Shown here: positions 32,014 to 42,556 of the stretch, one piece after another
How the letters are laid out: every line of letters begins with the position of its first letter
How positions within the stretch are numbered: position 1 is the first letter of the stretch
Assembly: GCA_977017575.1 (NCBI GenBank)
Contig: CDRNVI010000008.1
Span: 186,001 to 250,000, forward strand
Reading direction: 5' to 3'
Source: Paramoeba atlantica
Lineage: Eukaryota; Protista; Discosea
Length of the DNA stretch: 64,000 nucleotides
Notes under the pieces: model-generated
What the model saw: the letters and a program-made list of their open reading frames with translations, nothing else
Databases searched by the model: none
Told to the model about the DNA's origin: nothing
Position numbers and translations under genes: made by a program

Positions 32014-34983
32014 ATGTCAGTACCGGAACTAATTCGTCTCTCCTGCTTAAACGACATTTGCATCCTTGTTTCCAAGGGCACAGGCGAGGCACAAACACTT
32101 CACGTTTCTAAATTACTTTTATCAGTGCTGGAAAAATGCAACACAATTGATAGCTTTCTCACTGAAATTCGCAAACTCGACGAAGATTTTCCCGAATCAA
32201 TTTTGGAAAATGCTTATGCGCTGGCCAAGCCTCGTTTACAGCTCTGTTCTACTGTAGAAGATGACATCACAACGCTCATGTTACCAAATAAGAACACAGA
32301 CAAAATATCCTATGACACGTTACTTAATAATTTGATTTACGCTGATATTAAAGTGTTGGAAACTTTTAGTTTGGATGGCCAAGGAGAGCACAATCCATTT
32401 TCGGCATTAAAGGAACTTTCCGAACGCGAAGAAAAGCTATTGTTTCCTATCCGCTCAGAGTTTAAGACTTCCGAAGAGAATCAATTCGTCCTACAACAAA
32501 TACGAAAAACAGATTCAACTCAAAATTTATTTTCGGATTCTCTTCTTCCAGCACAAGAATCTAGAGCAGTCGCATCTGATTTCAACGCCGAAATGGAGGA
32601 ACAAGAAATCAAAATAAGCATACAATTACCGAAGTTTCTTCACTCTGAAATGTCCGAAGAAAGTTCTTACTCAGACTTCCTTCCTCACCATTCTTCTCTT
32701 CTGAACGAAAACTCTTCTGGCAATTTATCTTCTTTGATCGACTCTCAACGCAACATTTATAAAGAAAAACGTGAAATACGAAGCGCTGACCAACGAGAAA
32801 ATACTGAATCAAATTTTCTAACTCTTTCCGAAACCGAGGCTCCAAAAATAACCAGCAGTGCTGCACATCAGAACGCCAACCTTTCTCTAGAATCCCAACG
32901 ACAATCCCTCAAAATTTACGACCTCAAACACGAACTGCTCGACGCTGTTGCGAGGAATAAAGTCCTCATTCTTATCGGAGAAACCGGAAGCGGAAAGACC
33001 ACGCAACTCACACAATACTTAGCCGAGTCCGGATACACCACACCCCAGCAACCTAAAACATCCCAAGAAGACACGGAACAAAAGTCTTCTTCAGCGACCC
33101 CTCACCTCTCAAAGCGTATCATCGGTTGCACCCAACCTCGACGACTTCCCACACGTAGTGTTGCGGAACGCGTCGCATTGGAGTACGGCTGTGCGCTCGG
33201 GGAAGATGTTGGCTACGCAGTTCGCTTTGAAGACGTCACCTCCGAGAACCGCACGGTCATTAAATACATGACAGATGGTATTCTGCTCCGTGAGGCGCTG
33301 TCCGATCCGACGTTTTCGAAATATAGTGTCATTATCCTGGACGAGGCCCACGAACGCAATATCAACACCGATGTGCTGCTTGGTCTGCTAAAACAGGCGC
33401 AAGAGTTGCAGTCGTTTAAGCTTATTATCACAAGCGCCACCATGAATGTCGGAAAGTTTTCTCAGTTTTTTAATGACGCAGAGGTTTTTCGCATCACTGG
33501 AAGGTCTTATCCGGTTGAACTGGTGTATTTAAAAGACCCCATTCCCGCCTCTGCGTCGTATGTCTTCGAAGCCGTTAAACAAGTCATGTCGATTCATCTC
33601 AACGAGGAGTCCGGAGACGTGCTTCTGTTTCTCCCGGGCAAGGAAGAAATTGAAGACGCCGCGGAACGACTTCGAAATTGGTCCCAAACGCTTCCCCCCT
33701 CTTTTTTGCAAATGCAACTACACTCCATTTACGCTTCGCTCCCTTCTGAAATCCAATCAAGGGTTTTTTCCTCGACCCCCGAAGGGACACGAAAAATTGT
33801 GATATCAACCAATCTTGCGGAGACGAGTGTCACGATCGACGGGATACGGTACGTTGTAGACTGTGGCGTGTTCAAACAAAAAGTGTTCCACCCAAGTTCT
33901 GGGATAGAGGTTCTTCGTGTGTCTCCGATCAGTCAGGCGCAGGCTAATCAACGCGCAGGACGCTCCGGACGAACGGCTCCCGGGAAATGTTTCCGCATGT
34001 ACACTGAGGAGACATTTGCTCATGAAATGTTACCTGAGAGTGTTCCAGAGATACAGCGTAGCAATCTGTGTCACGTTGTGCTTACGATGAAGGCTGCCGG
34101 GGTGATTGACGTGCTCGGATTTCAATTTCTAGATCCTCCCGCACGGGTCTTGCTGATTGATGCACTTCATAAGTTGTACTTGCTGGGTGCATTAGACACG
34201 GATGGACTTCTCACACCATTGGGTCGCCGGATGTCGGAATATCCGCTCGATCCCTCATTAAGCGTTGTGTTGCTTGCCTCTCATGCCTTGTACTGTGCAA
34301 GCGAGGCCCTTACCATACTTTCTCTGTTGAACTCCGATGAGCTATTTTATCGTCCAAAAGCACGTGCAGCCGAGGCTGATGCATGTCACTTACGGTTTCA
34401 TCGCCCAGATGGAGATCATTTGACAATGTTACGCATATACAATTTGTGGAGCTCTAGAAACTATGATAGGTCATGGTGTCGTTCGAACTTTTTGAACTAT
34501 CGATCTCTGATGTATGCCAAAGACGTGCGCGGTGAGCTTTCCCGCATGATGCAACGTCAAGGATTGGAAATACAAGACGTAAATAACAACGAAATTAGCG
34601 AATCTCTCTCTAGGCGGATACGACAGGCTTTTACGGCAGGTTTTTTTATGAGCGTCGCCCGAAAAACACCTGAAGGCTATAAAAAATTGCAAGATCGTGA
34701 AGTGGTCCGTGTTTTTCCCAGTAGTTCAATGATGAACTCTTCTTCCCCCTGGGTGCTATATCACTCGTCGACCCTAACTTCACACGAGTATATTCGCATT
34801 GTTAGTCCTATCCATCCTCAGTGGTTGTTGGCTGCCGCTCCCGGATACTATCGCGAAATTACTTCTGAAGAGTTATTGGGAATTCGAAAGGATGAACGTC
34901 TAGATCCCTTATTCGGTAGAAATCGTGCACCTGATGATTGGAGGTTTTCTCGGCACTACCGAAAATACAGGAAACACAGATGA
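32014..34983 (+). CDS. PRP22: DEAH-box spliceosomal RNA helicase, PRP22/DHX8-like
   Basis: GETGSGKTTQ, DEAHER, SAT, QRAGRSGR, HA2/OB regions; the C-terminal DPLFGR-x4-DWRFSR resembles PRP22. Confidence 0.85.
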   Translation: MSVPELIRLSCLNDICILVSKGTGEAQTLHVSKLLLSVLEKCNTIDSFLTEIRKLDEDFPESILENAYALAKPRLQLCSTVEDDITTLMLPNKNTDKISYDTLLNNLIYADIKVLETFSLDGQGEHNPFSALKELSEREEKLLFPIRSEFKTSEENQFVLQQIRKTDSTQNLFSDSLLPAQESRAVASDFNAEMEEQEIKISIQLPKFLHSEMSEESSYSDFLPHHSSLLNENSSGNLSSLIDSQRNIYKEKREIRSADQRENTESNFLTLSETEAPKITSSAAHQNANLSLESQRQSLKIYDLKHELLDAVARNKVLILIGETGSGKTTQLTQYLAESGYTTPQQPKTSQEDTEQKSSSATPHLSKRIIGCTQPRRLPTRSVAERVALEYGCALGEDVGYAVRFEDVTSENRTVIKYMTDGILLREALSDPTFSKYSVIILDEAHERNINTDVLLGLLKQAQELQSFKLIITSATMNVGKFSQFFNDAEVFRITGRSYPVELVYLKDPIPASASYVFEAVKQVMSIHLNEESGDVLLFLPGKEEIEDAAERLRNWSQTLPPSFLQMQLHSIYASLPSEIQSRVFSSTPEGTRKIVISTNLAETSVTIDGIRYVVDCGVFKQKVFHPSSGIEVLRVSPISQAQANQRAGRSGRTAPGKCFRMYTEETFAHEMLPESVPEIQRSNLCHVVLTMKAAGVIDVLGFQFLDPPARVLLIDALHKLYLLGALDTDGLLTPLGRRMSEYPLDPSLSVVLLASHALYCASEALTILSLLNSDELFYRPKARAAEADACHLRFHRPDGDHLTMLRIYNLWSSRNYDRSWCRSNFLNYRSLMYAKDVRGELSRMMQRQGLEIQDVNNNEISESLSRRIRQAFTAGFFMSVARKTPEGYKKLQDREVVRVFPSSSMMNSSSPWVLYHSSTLTSHEYIRIVSPIHPQWLLAAAPGYYREITSEELLGIRKDERLDPLFGRNRAPDDWRFSRHYRKYRKHR

Positions 34984-35242
34984 GGAGTTCAGGTTTTTTT
35001 GTACACGTCCTTTTACTTGTGCTTCTCTATCATTTCACAAATTTTCGTATAAAAGAGGCTTATCAGTATCTCTGATTTCCTATTGTAAGTTACAGTAACT
35101 TCCACTTTAATGGAGGTTTACACGCCATGTTTCAATCTAAACTACCTTAACCTACATGCATTCCAACGGACTTTCTTTCATACCCACCCTACACGAACAC
35201 TATTTTCCTACACCCTATCTCTTCCCCCACCACACCCCCTCC

Positions 35243-36940
35243 ATGCACCGCCTTTCCCGTTTTCGCTACGGTTTCTCTACCACCACGATCCAACAACCCT
35301 CTCCAACAACCCTCTCCAAAACCCTCTTCCCCCTTCAACCCCCCACCACCCCCTCCTCCTCCTTTTCTATCCTCTCCCTTTCCATCTCCCCCCTTACCCT
35401 CTCCCACCCTCTCTCCCCTATCCCCCCCACCATCCCTTCCCCCACCATCTCTTCCCCCGCCTGCCTCTTCCCCCCCTCCCCCCTCCTGCTCTCCCCTCAC
35501 CGTGCCTTCACCACCTCCCCCTCCCCTTCCTCTCTCCTCTCCGGCGGCCTCTCCGCGCGCTCCGTCGCCTCCGAGGCCGCGCGCATGAAGTCCGCCCACA
35601 CCGCCTCCCCCTCCCCCGCGCTCGCGCAGCAAGCCCGGCGCCTGCTGCTCTCCGCGGCCCTGGACGTCGGTCCCCAGATCGAGGGCCGGGAGGTCAGCGC
35701 GATTCTCAGTGCCGCGACCTACTTTGGCCTCGGCAACGACTGCGGGGTGGTGCGGCAGGCGGTGGTGTGGTGTAAGAAGTTTGAACGGGAGATCATGCCC
35801 GAGAGTATGGGGCCGGTGGTGATGGCGTGTGCGGCGCTCGGGGATACGGTGAGTATGGAGGTGGTGTCGATGTTGAGTATTCGTGCGATGCGAATGTCGC
35901 GGTATTTGGATAGTAAGGCGGTGACGCATTTGATTGCGGCATTTGCCGAGGCGGGGGTGTTTCAGGATAAGTTAGCGTTGTATATGACACGGCGGTTTGT
36001 GACGTTGGGGAAAATTGGGGAGTTTAATGCGAAGCAGTTGGTGGTAATTATTGGTGGCTTGGCGAAGTCGCGGTACCATAATATTCACATTCGCAACGTG
36101 ATTAGCCGCCGGATATCGTACCTCCGAGAGCAGTTTAAAGTGACCGAACTTGTGCCGCTTGTGGTTGGCATTGCTCGTCTGCGCATCAAAGAGGAAAAAA
36201 TTATCAAAAAACTTGCTGCTAAATCAGTCGAAATAGCAGACCACATGACCTCGACACACGTTTGTACTCTTTTTCAAGCGTTTGCATATTTTGGCGTAAA
36301 GTACGATCAACTATTTGGTGTGCTCACAAACCGTGCTGTCGAGCTTATGGACGAGTTTACGGCCAAACATGTCTCTTTGACTTTGGCATCTTTTCAAAAA
36401 ATTAGCATTTCAAATCCTGAACTATTTGATAATTTGGCGGAGCGAGCGATGTCTGTCATGCAAGATCACGACGCTGCAGACGTTACGCATATATTGAACT
36501 CTTTAGTCCATTTCAGTATTACTGATGAAGAACTTTTGCGTCGACTCGCCGAGCAAAGCATTTCTACAATTGATTGCTTTAACCCACTTCAGCTCACTTC
36601 TTCACTTTATGCATTGGCAAAATTAAATTATCGACATGACGAATATCTCCGCGTTTTCGGTATCAAGATTCTCAATTTTTGTAGCATGATGAATTCTGAT
36701 CAATTGCGCCGCATCTTGTGGGCTTTCGCAAAACTTGAATTTAAAGATAACCAAAAACTTATTCGCATCTTACTCAACAAGGCTTACGCGCTACATTTCG
36801 AGTTCTTTCAGAAATCTGAAAACGCAGAAGAAGTAGAAGAAATTTTTGATGCATTTGGACGTGAATCTTGTCCAGAGCTCTATGATATGTATATCAGTCG
36901 AGGTACAGGTTCTGAGGAAACTCATAAACCCTCCCAGTAG
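35243..36940 (+). CDS. MRB3010: Mitochondrial RNA-editing substrate-binding complex protein MRB3010/RESC6
   Basis: LAQQARR, FAYFGVKYDQLFGVLTNRAVEL, NPELFDNLAERA-x2-V-x-QDHDA and EEVEEIFD...LY-x2-YISRG match the T. brucei protein as I recall it. MHRLSRFRYGFS at 35243 looks like a presequence (alternative ATG 35156). Confidence 0.88.
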   Translation: MHRLSRFRYGFSTTTIQQPSPTTLSKTLFPLQPPTTPSSSFSILSLSISPLTLSHPLSPIPPTIPSPTISSPACLFPPSPLLLSPHRAFTTSPSPSSLLSGGLSARSVASEAARMKSAHTASPSPALAQQARRLLLSAALDVGPQIEGREVSAILSAATYFGLGNDCGVVRQAVVWCKKFEREIMPESMGPVVMACAALGDTVSMEVVSMLSIRAMRMSRYLDSKAVTHLIAAFAEAGVFQDKLALYMTRRFVTLGKIGEFNAKQLVVIIGGLAKSRYHNIHIRNVISRRISYLREQFKVTELVPLVVGIARLRIKEEKIIKKLAAKSVEIADHMTSTHVCTLFQAFAYFGVKYDQLFGVLTNRAVELMDEFTAKHVSLTLASFQKISISNPELFDNLAERAMSVMQDHDAADVTHILNSLVHFSITDEELLRRLAEQSISTIDCFNPLQLTSSLYALAKLNYRHDEYLRVFGIKILNFCSMMNSDQLRRILWAFAKLEFKDNQKLIRILLNKAYALHFEFFQKSENAEEVEEIFDAFGRESCPELYDMYISRGTGSEETHKPSQ

Positions 36941-37999
36941 AAATAAAGAGTTAACAAATTCATACCGATTGTTCTTTGACGCAAGACGTTAAACTAGAAT
37001 TTTCGTATTGAATTTTTTTCAGTATAGAGCCCTCGGTCCAATTAATGCTAACTCCCCCCTGCGCGCATTACTTACTGTGAAAACATTAATTACATACCCC
37101 TGCCGGGTAAATGGGTAATTACCCGGGTAATTTACCCGTTTACCCGCATTTACCCGCCTCACCAGAATTTAGTCCAGCATGCTATTGAATGTCTGTTTTT
37201 TATTAAAATATTTTGTTCTCTGATGTCGTTCGGTTACACGTTTGTACACACTTAATGCTGTTTAGTTTTCACTTCTCAACCCTTCTCCTTTGCTACAACT
37301 TGTCTAAAGAATCACTTCAACTCCTATGACCCGACGCCGAAAGTCTTTTACCCGGCGGGAGACCACACCCGATTTATCCTCCTCAACAGAGTCACAAGGT
37401 GACTCTCCAAAAGAATTTCGCCTTTCACAGGAGAATCGCTATAAAATGAAGGCTTTCCCCAGTCACTTCGCGTTAACCCGGTGGCCCCCTGATTGCTCAC
37501 ACCCCCATGAGGATATCCTAACGGACCTTCTTCATCAGAAGGGTCATTTTGAGTGCACTAAGGAATGATGTGCATTCTCTTCGCACTGCCGCTTCAGAAA
37601 TGTATATCACAAGCGCCGACGAGAGTGTCACGAAGGGAGGAAGCGGGCTAGAGAATCTGAGGAGGAAATGTCACAACGATTTTCCTACTACCTTATACCT
37701 CCCAGTAAGAGATCCCCCAGTAAGAGAGATTTGTCTCGGGCGCCTCCACAGGAGGCGTATATGTCGTAGGGGGTGGGTGTCCGCACGTCGGGGGCCTTCG
37801 GGGGTTTTCAGTAGAAGAAATAGAACAATTTGTCGAAACCGTTGCGGTAAAAGAGGAATTTTGAATGCGTTTGTAAAACCCCTTTGTCCAAGAGTGGGTG
37901 ATCTGAATCAAAAATCACCCACTCTTGGACAAAGGCGGTAAAAATCATCCACTACTGGCAAAAACGTTTGCCACTAGTGGGTGTACCCCCCCTTTAAAA

Positions 38000-38989
38000 C
38001 TAATATGTATGACCCCCTCTCGCACCAATCACTGCTCTCATACGGCGAGGCATGCTGCTCACCGTAGACGCGCATAGGGCACTGGGAAGTGCGTCCCACA
38101 CAACTTTGGCCCGGCCCCAAAGCTCGATCATTCCCTCTGTGTCCTTCTTATAGGCAGAGAGACGCCGTTTTGAGTGGCCCCACATGTTCTCAATAGGATT
38201 GAGATCTGGGGATTGCGGGGGCCACTTCAAAACCACATAGCTGTGGCTCGCCAACCACTCTTTGGCAAGCTTGCTTGTGTGTTTGGGGTCGTTGTCTTGT
38301 TGAAACAAGACCTCGTCGGGATCTAGCCCCACTTGCTCAATGGAGGGGGCAAGATTCTGATCCAGAATTTCAACGTACTGATGGGCGTTCAAATTGCCCT
38401 CAATCAAACGTATCTTGCCCACCCCTGCGTGCGCAATGCACGCCCATACCATCAAACTCCCGCCCCCATATTTCACCGTCCCTTCCGTGTTCCGGGAGTC
38501 GGGCTTTTCATTCACCCGAAGCCACACCCAGCGTCTCCCATCCCAACCGAAACGGTTTACTTTGGTTTCGTCCGTCCAAAGTACCCGCTTCCAGTCTTGG
38601 ATGGTCCAATGCTGGTGCGCAATTGCAAAGTCTAACCTTTGACGTTTATGGGAGGCCGTGAGTCGTGGCTTCCTTTGCCTGCGCCTCCCGTGGAGACCCT
38701 CTTCTCGGAGGTGGAATCGTACCGTGTGGGTGCTCACATGAGTAACTTCATGGATTTTGAGGTGCTTAGCCACACCTACAGCTGTATCTTCCCGGCCGCT
38801 TTGGATGAGGCGGCGCATTTCACGGGCGCACGTCTCGGTGACCTTACGCGGCCTCCCCCGCTCTGGGTGCGTTACATCTGGACGATGCCGCTCCCGAACC
38901 CGACTTACCGTGGACCTGCTAACGTCCAGTTTGGAGGTGATTTCAAAGATAATCACTCAACAAAATATTTTTTCATAAGATTGAGACAT
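38000..38989 (-). mobile_element. Tc1-family DD34E transposase, probably inactive
   Basis: WTDETK, FQQDNDPKH and SPDLNPIEN with D-34-E spacing, GGHTY end. The ATG at 38989 is followed by an in-frame TGA; only one TIR-like end is seen (CAGTG at ~39005). Confidence 0.92.
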
Positions 38990-39112
38990 TTTTTAACGTC
39001 ACTGCATATAAATGCAAATGTTTAATATTAATAAAAATTTATTAGAAGAGGAGTACTGCATTTCTCTAATCATTGCTTTGCTGTGGGCTCTGCCCTCTGT
39101 CTTGTTACTCTT

Positions 39113-40255
39113 ATTGCGGTGGTTGTAAAACTACCGCTCTACCCTCGATTATTGAAAAAAAGGTGAACAAAAACAGTGAAAATATAAAGAGGAACATATT
39201 AATAAAGGAAAAAAATATAAAATGGGGCTCCGGTGGTCCAAAATTGAAAAAAATGGGGCTTCCAGGGGGCGGGGGTCCAGGGGGGGTCTTGGCGCGCATT
39301 TTCCACCCCCCTACCCGGGGGTGGCCCCCCTCGCGTATCCGCAGGACGGGTCCGCCAAGTTCAGATTTTTTCGGAAGAAACATTTGAAAAAAAAATTCAA
39401 CTTGGCGAAACAAATGGCAAAAAAAAATCCAAAATCGCTTCCCCTATTCTATTTTGATAGTTTGGGACCTACACTAGCTTTCTCCGCAGTTGTTTTCGCA
39501 AAACTACCGCCGCGTTTAACGAAGAGCCTAAAAAAGAAAATTTATCCTGGAAAACGGAAAGATTATAGCCTAAAATAGCCGAATTTCGGGTAAAAATGGG
39601 GTGATTTTCGCGTATTTTTGCTGTCAGATCACTAAATCCGACATTTGCGCGTGGGAAATCACTCGCAGGCATGAATGAAAGCCTACCGAGCGTATTGGGT
39701 AGAGAATGCGACTCCAACCATGCCATTCTTTCGACACAAAAATGCCCCTTTAGGTCCGAAAAATACTTTTTCACCTTTTTTAGTCAAACATGGGTCATTT
39801 TGAGGGGCGCACCACGGTTCGAAGGGATACCTTGCGAAAACAACTGCGGAGAAAGCTAGTGTAGGTCCCAAACTATCAAAATACAATAGGAGAATATTTT
39901 TTTTGTCATTTTTTTCGCCAAGTTGAACTTTTTTTCAAAAACAATTTTCCGAAAAAATCCGAACTTGGCGGACCCGTCCTGCGGATACGCAGGGGGGTCA
40001 CCCCCGGGTAGGGGGATGGAAAATGCGCGCCAAGACCCCGGCTACCCTTTCTGCGGTTTTTTTTCGAAAACTTATTTTTTCGAAAAAATTTGCTCGACCA
40101 TGACCCCCCTGGACCCCCCCTGGATCCCCCCATGGACCCCCCCCATGGACCCCCCATTTTTTTCAATTTTTTTTTTCAGTTTTGGACCACCGGAGCCCCC
40201 TTTTATATTTTTTTCTTCTATTATATTACTGTGTTCCCCTTTATATTTTCTTTTT
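39113..40255. mobile_element. Head-to-head composite of family A/B element pieces
   Basis: Starts with the reverse complement of the 10345 terminal hairpin, contains one A arm at ~39500-39540, then an inverted body copy at ~39840-40250. Other pieces at ~58400-59190, ~61070-61510 and ~62760-62870. Confidence 0.75.
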
Positions 40256-40325
40256 GCCGCGGCGACGACGACTTCCTCGCGTGGAAAGCTGTAAAGCGCC
40301 ATAGGGAACATGTTCGGATGGCTAT

Positions 40326-40522
40326 GTAATCCAGGATAAAGTGGACGAGGGTGATACTAAAGGCACCTTTGGAAAACCACCTCGAAACTGGAACGGTATC
40401 TCCCGGTTTGTAGAGCATTCTGATGTGGCAAAAGGGTCTTTAACGGGTGATACCGTTCCAGTTTCGAGGTGGTTTTCCAAAGGTGCCTTTAGTATCTCCC
40501 TCGTCCACTTTAGCCTGGATTA
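40326..40522. repeat. Foldback cassette C1 (~80-bp arms)
   Basis: The left arm TAATCCAGGATAAAGTGGACGAGGGTGATAC-37nt-GGTATCTCCC pairs with the right arm across a ~40-nt loop. Confidence 0.9.
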
Positions 40523-40684
40523 ATAATTATTAATAATTGGGATTTTTCTATAATAGAAATTATTAATAATTTCTATTATAATAATTATTAACTTCCACTA
40601 TGCTCAACTCAGCCTCTTGGAGTGAGGCCGCCAGGAATTGTGTTCGATAAGCGGAGTTCGAACGCGCCGTCTGAGGGCCATGTG

Positions 40685-40767
40685 CTATGTAACGCAGGCT
40701 ATTGTGAACGATGGAAATACTAAACGCTCTGTTGACAAGGCACGGTCAAAATGGAACGGTATCTCCC
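40685..40767. repeat. Solo left arm of the foldback family with a different 37-nt variable segment
   Basis: CTATGTAACGCAGGCTATTGTGAACGATGGAAATAC-taaacgctctgttgacaaggcacggtcaaaatggaac-GGTATCTCCC. Confidence 0.7.
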
Positions 40768-41004
40768 GCTATTCTTTTGTCATATCGGAATCCTTGGTTC
40801 CACCTGAAAGGTCGCAAAAAAAATATAAAACAGTTCGCTTCAAGGCTTACTGTATACACAACCCTAATTTTTCCGGAATAATAAGTGTGCTGGCGCACTT
40901 ATTATTGCGGAAACACACTTATTATTCCGGAAACTGTGGGCGACAAATTCCGAAATAATAAGTGTGCGGGGGGTTTACTTTAATTAGTGTTGTGACGTTA
41001 ATGA

Positions 41005-41186
41005 AACCCATGGTAAAGGGGACGAGGGAGATACCAACAGTGTAGGTGCGGCAGTTTCCACAGGAAAAACGGCATCTCTACCTTTTTAGGCGCTTGTCTT
41101 CACGCCATAAGGGAGATATCGTTTTTCCTGTGGAAACTTCCGCACCTACACTGTTGGTATCTCCCTCGTCCCCTTTACCCTGGGTT
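41005..41186. repeat. Foldback cassette C3
   Basis: GGGAGATAC-36nt-GGCATCTC / GGGAGATATC-reverse complement-GTATCTCCC, ending CCTGGGTTACATAG. Confidence 0.9.
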
Positions 41187-41584
41187 ACATAGTAAAAACA
41201 TGTTCCCTAGGATTCTTCTGCTTTTTGCCTTGCACCTCCTCCTTCCTCTACGGTCTTGCGTATCCCGAACTTCAAGTTGAAAAGCGCATACGTGGCAAAT
41301 CGGGCTTTGCAAATCGCTTCCGAAGAAGGGGGTCTCGAGTCGTCCAAAAGGTGCGTTTTTCTTTCCTAAAACAATCTATTTATGGTGCTGCCTTTCGTTT
41401 TTTGCGAAAAAACTTTTTCCGGGAAAATTTTTTCGGGCCAAATTTTATTAATACTGGGTAGCGAGGGAGTAGTATCTCCCTCAATAAGTTTAATTTCGTG
41501 TAAAAGTAAGTGTGCCACTTCAGTGGTTTCAAAACTCAATGATTTGCGTTTTCTCATTCTTCTTTCACCCACTTTGTTTCTCTG

Positions 41585-42556
41585 ATGCCGTCTTCATTTT
41601 CTGGTCCTTCGTCGTCGCTGATCCCACCTTGCCGTGTAGGTCGGCATCTCATGTATGAAAAGTTTTGTACTGCATATGACGCATTTATCTCTCATCACGA
41701 TTACCAAAATAAAGTGCTTAGAGAGATCGAGCCCTATATCGATCACAACACAGTAGTTATTGACTGTGGCTGTGGCAGTGGTCGAATTACTAGACTCTTG
41801 CAAAATAAAGTGAAGCGCATAATGGCTTTTGATGCCTCTTGTAGTATGGTTGAGTATATGGCTAATCAGAATTATGAGAACACATATTGCTCCGTGGCGC
41901 GTCTTGGAGAAGAATTTCAGTTGCATAAACAATCTCCTGAAACGTTTTCTGTAATGAGCGATCCATTTTGCATGTTGAGCAAATATTCACGAACCAAAAG
42001 AAGTCTACCCTCTTTTCCTTTTTATAAGTGGACAAGTCCGGTTGGTCCAATTGAAAATAGCGTACCAACATCTCATAGCCAACATCAGCCGAAAAATCGA
42101 CTTCTAATACCTAAAGTATCGCTTGCCCCAAACTCGTCTGGGAGAGAAATCCTGAAAGCAGACAAAGAAAATTATGTTGTAATAGCAGCTTGGTCCCTGA
42201 GCTACGTTAAACAAGATAACTGGGGTGATGCTATGTGGCCCACCTACGTCTCAAATGTTATTGCATCATGGGAAAAAACCTTTTCTCCCAACTATATTAT
42301 TATATTCGAAACATTGGGTACAGGAAATACCCAAGCAAAGAGAAAGGGCGATATTTTGTATCATGAACCTGGCTTTCGATTGAATTTACTTCGTACAGAT
42401 TATGCATTTTCTTCTGTTTTAGAAGCTAAGAAATTTTTAACTTTTTTCTTTGGTCAAGTATCTGCTGGTTCCTTTATTTCTAAATTGCGTGAGGAAAATA
42501 ATCAATTCATATTATCAGAAGTTACGGGGTCCTACATCAAAAATTGTAGGGCGTAA
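41585..42556 (+). CDS. Class I SAM-dependent methyltransferase
   Basis: VVIDCGCGSGR (motif I), MAFDAS, IAAWSLSY, IIFETLGTG, LRTDYAF. Intact 323-aa ORF surrounded by repeats. Confidence 0.85.
   Translation: MPSSFSGPSSSLIPPCRVGRHLMYEKFCTAYDAFISHHDYQNKVLREIEPYIDHNTVVIDCGCGSGRITRLLQNKVKRIMAFDASCSMVEYMANQNYENTYCSVARLGEEFQLHKQSPETFSVMSDPFCMLSKYSRTKRSLPSFPFYKWTSPVGPIENSVPTSHSQHQPKNRLLIPKVSLAPNSSGREILKADKENYVVIAAWSLSYVKQDNWGDAMWPTYVSNVIASWEKTFSPNYIIIFETLGTGNTQAKRKGDILYHEPGFRLNLLRTDYAFSSVLEAKKFLTFFFGQVSAGSFISKLREENNQFILSEVTGSYIKNCRA

Noticed and set aside
35110-35929. Overlapping 221-aa (+) and 246-aa (-) ORFs
   Set aside because: Low-complexity alternative frames of the C-rich MRB3010 5' region.
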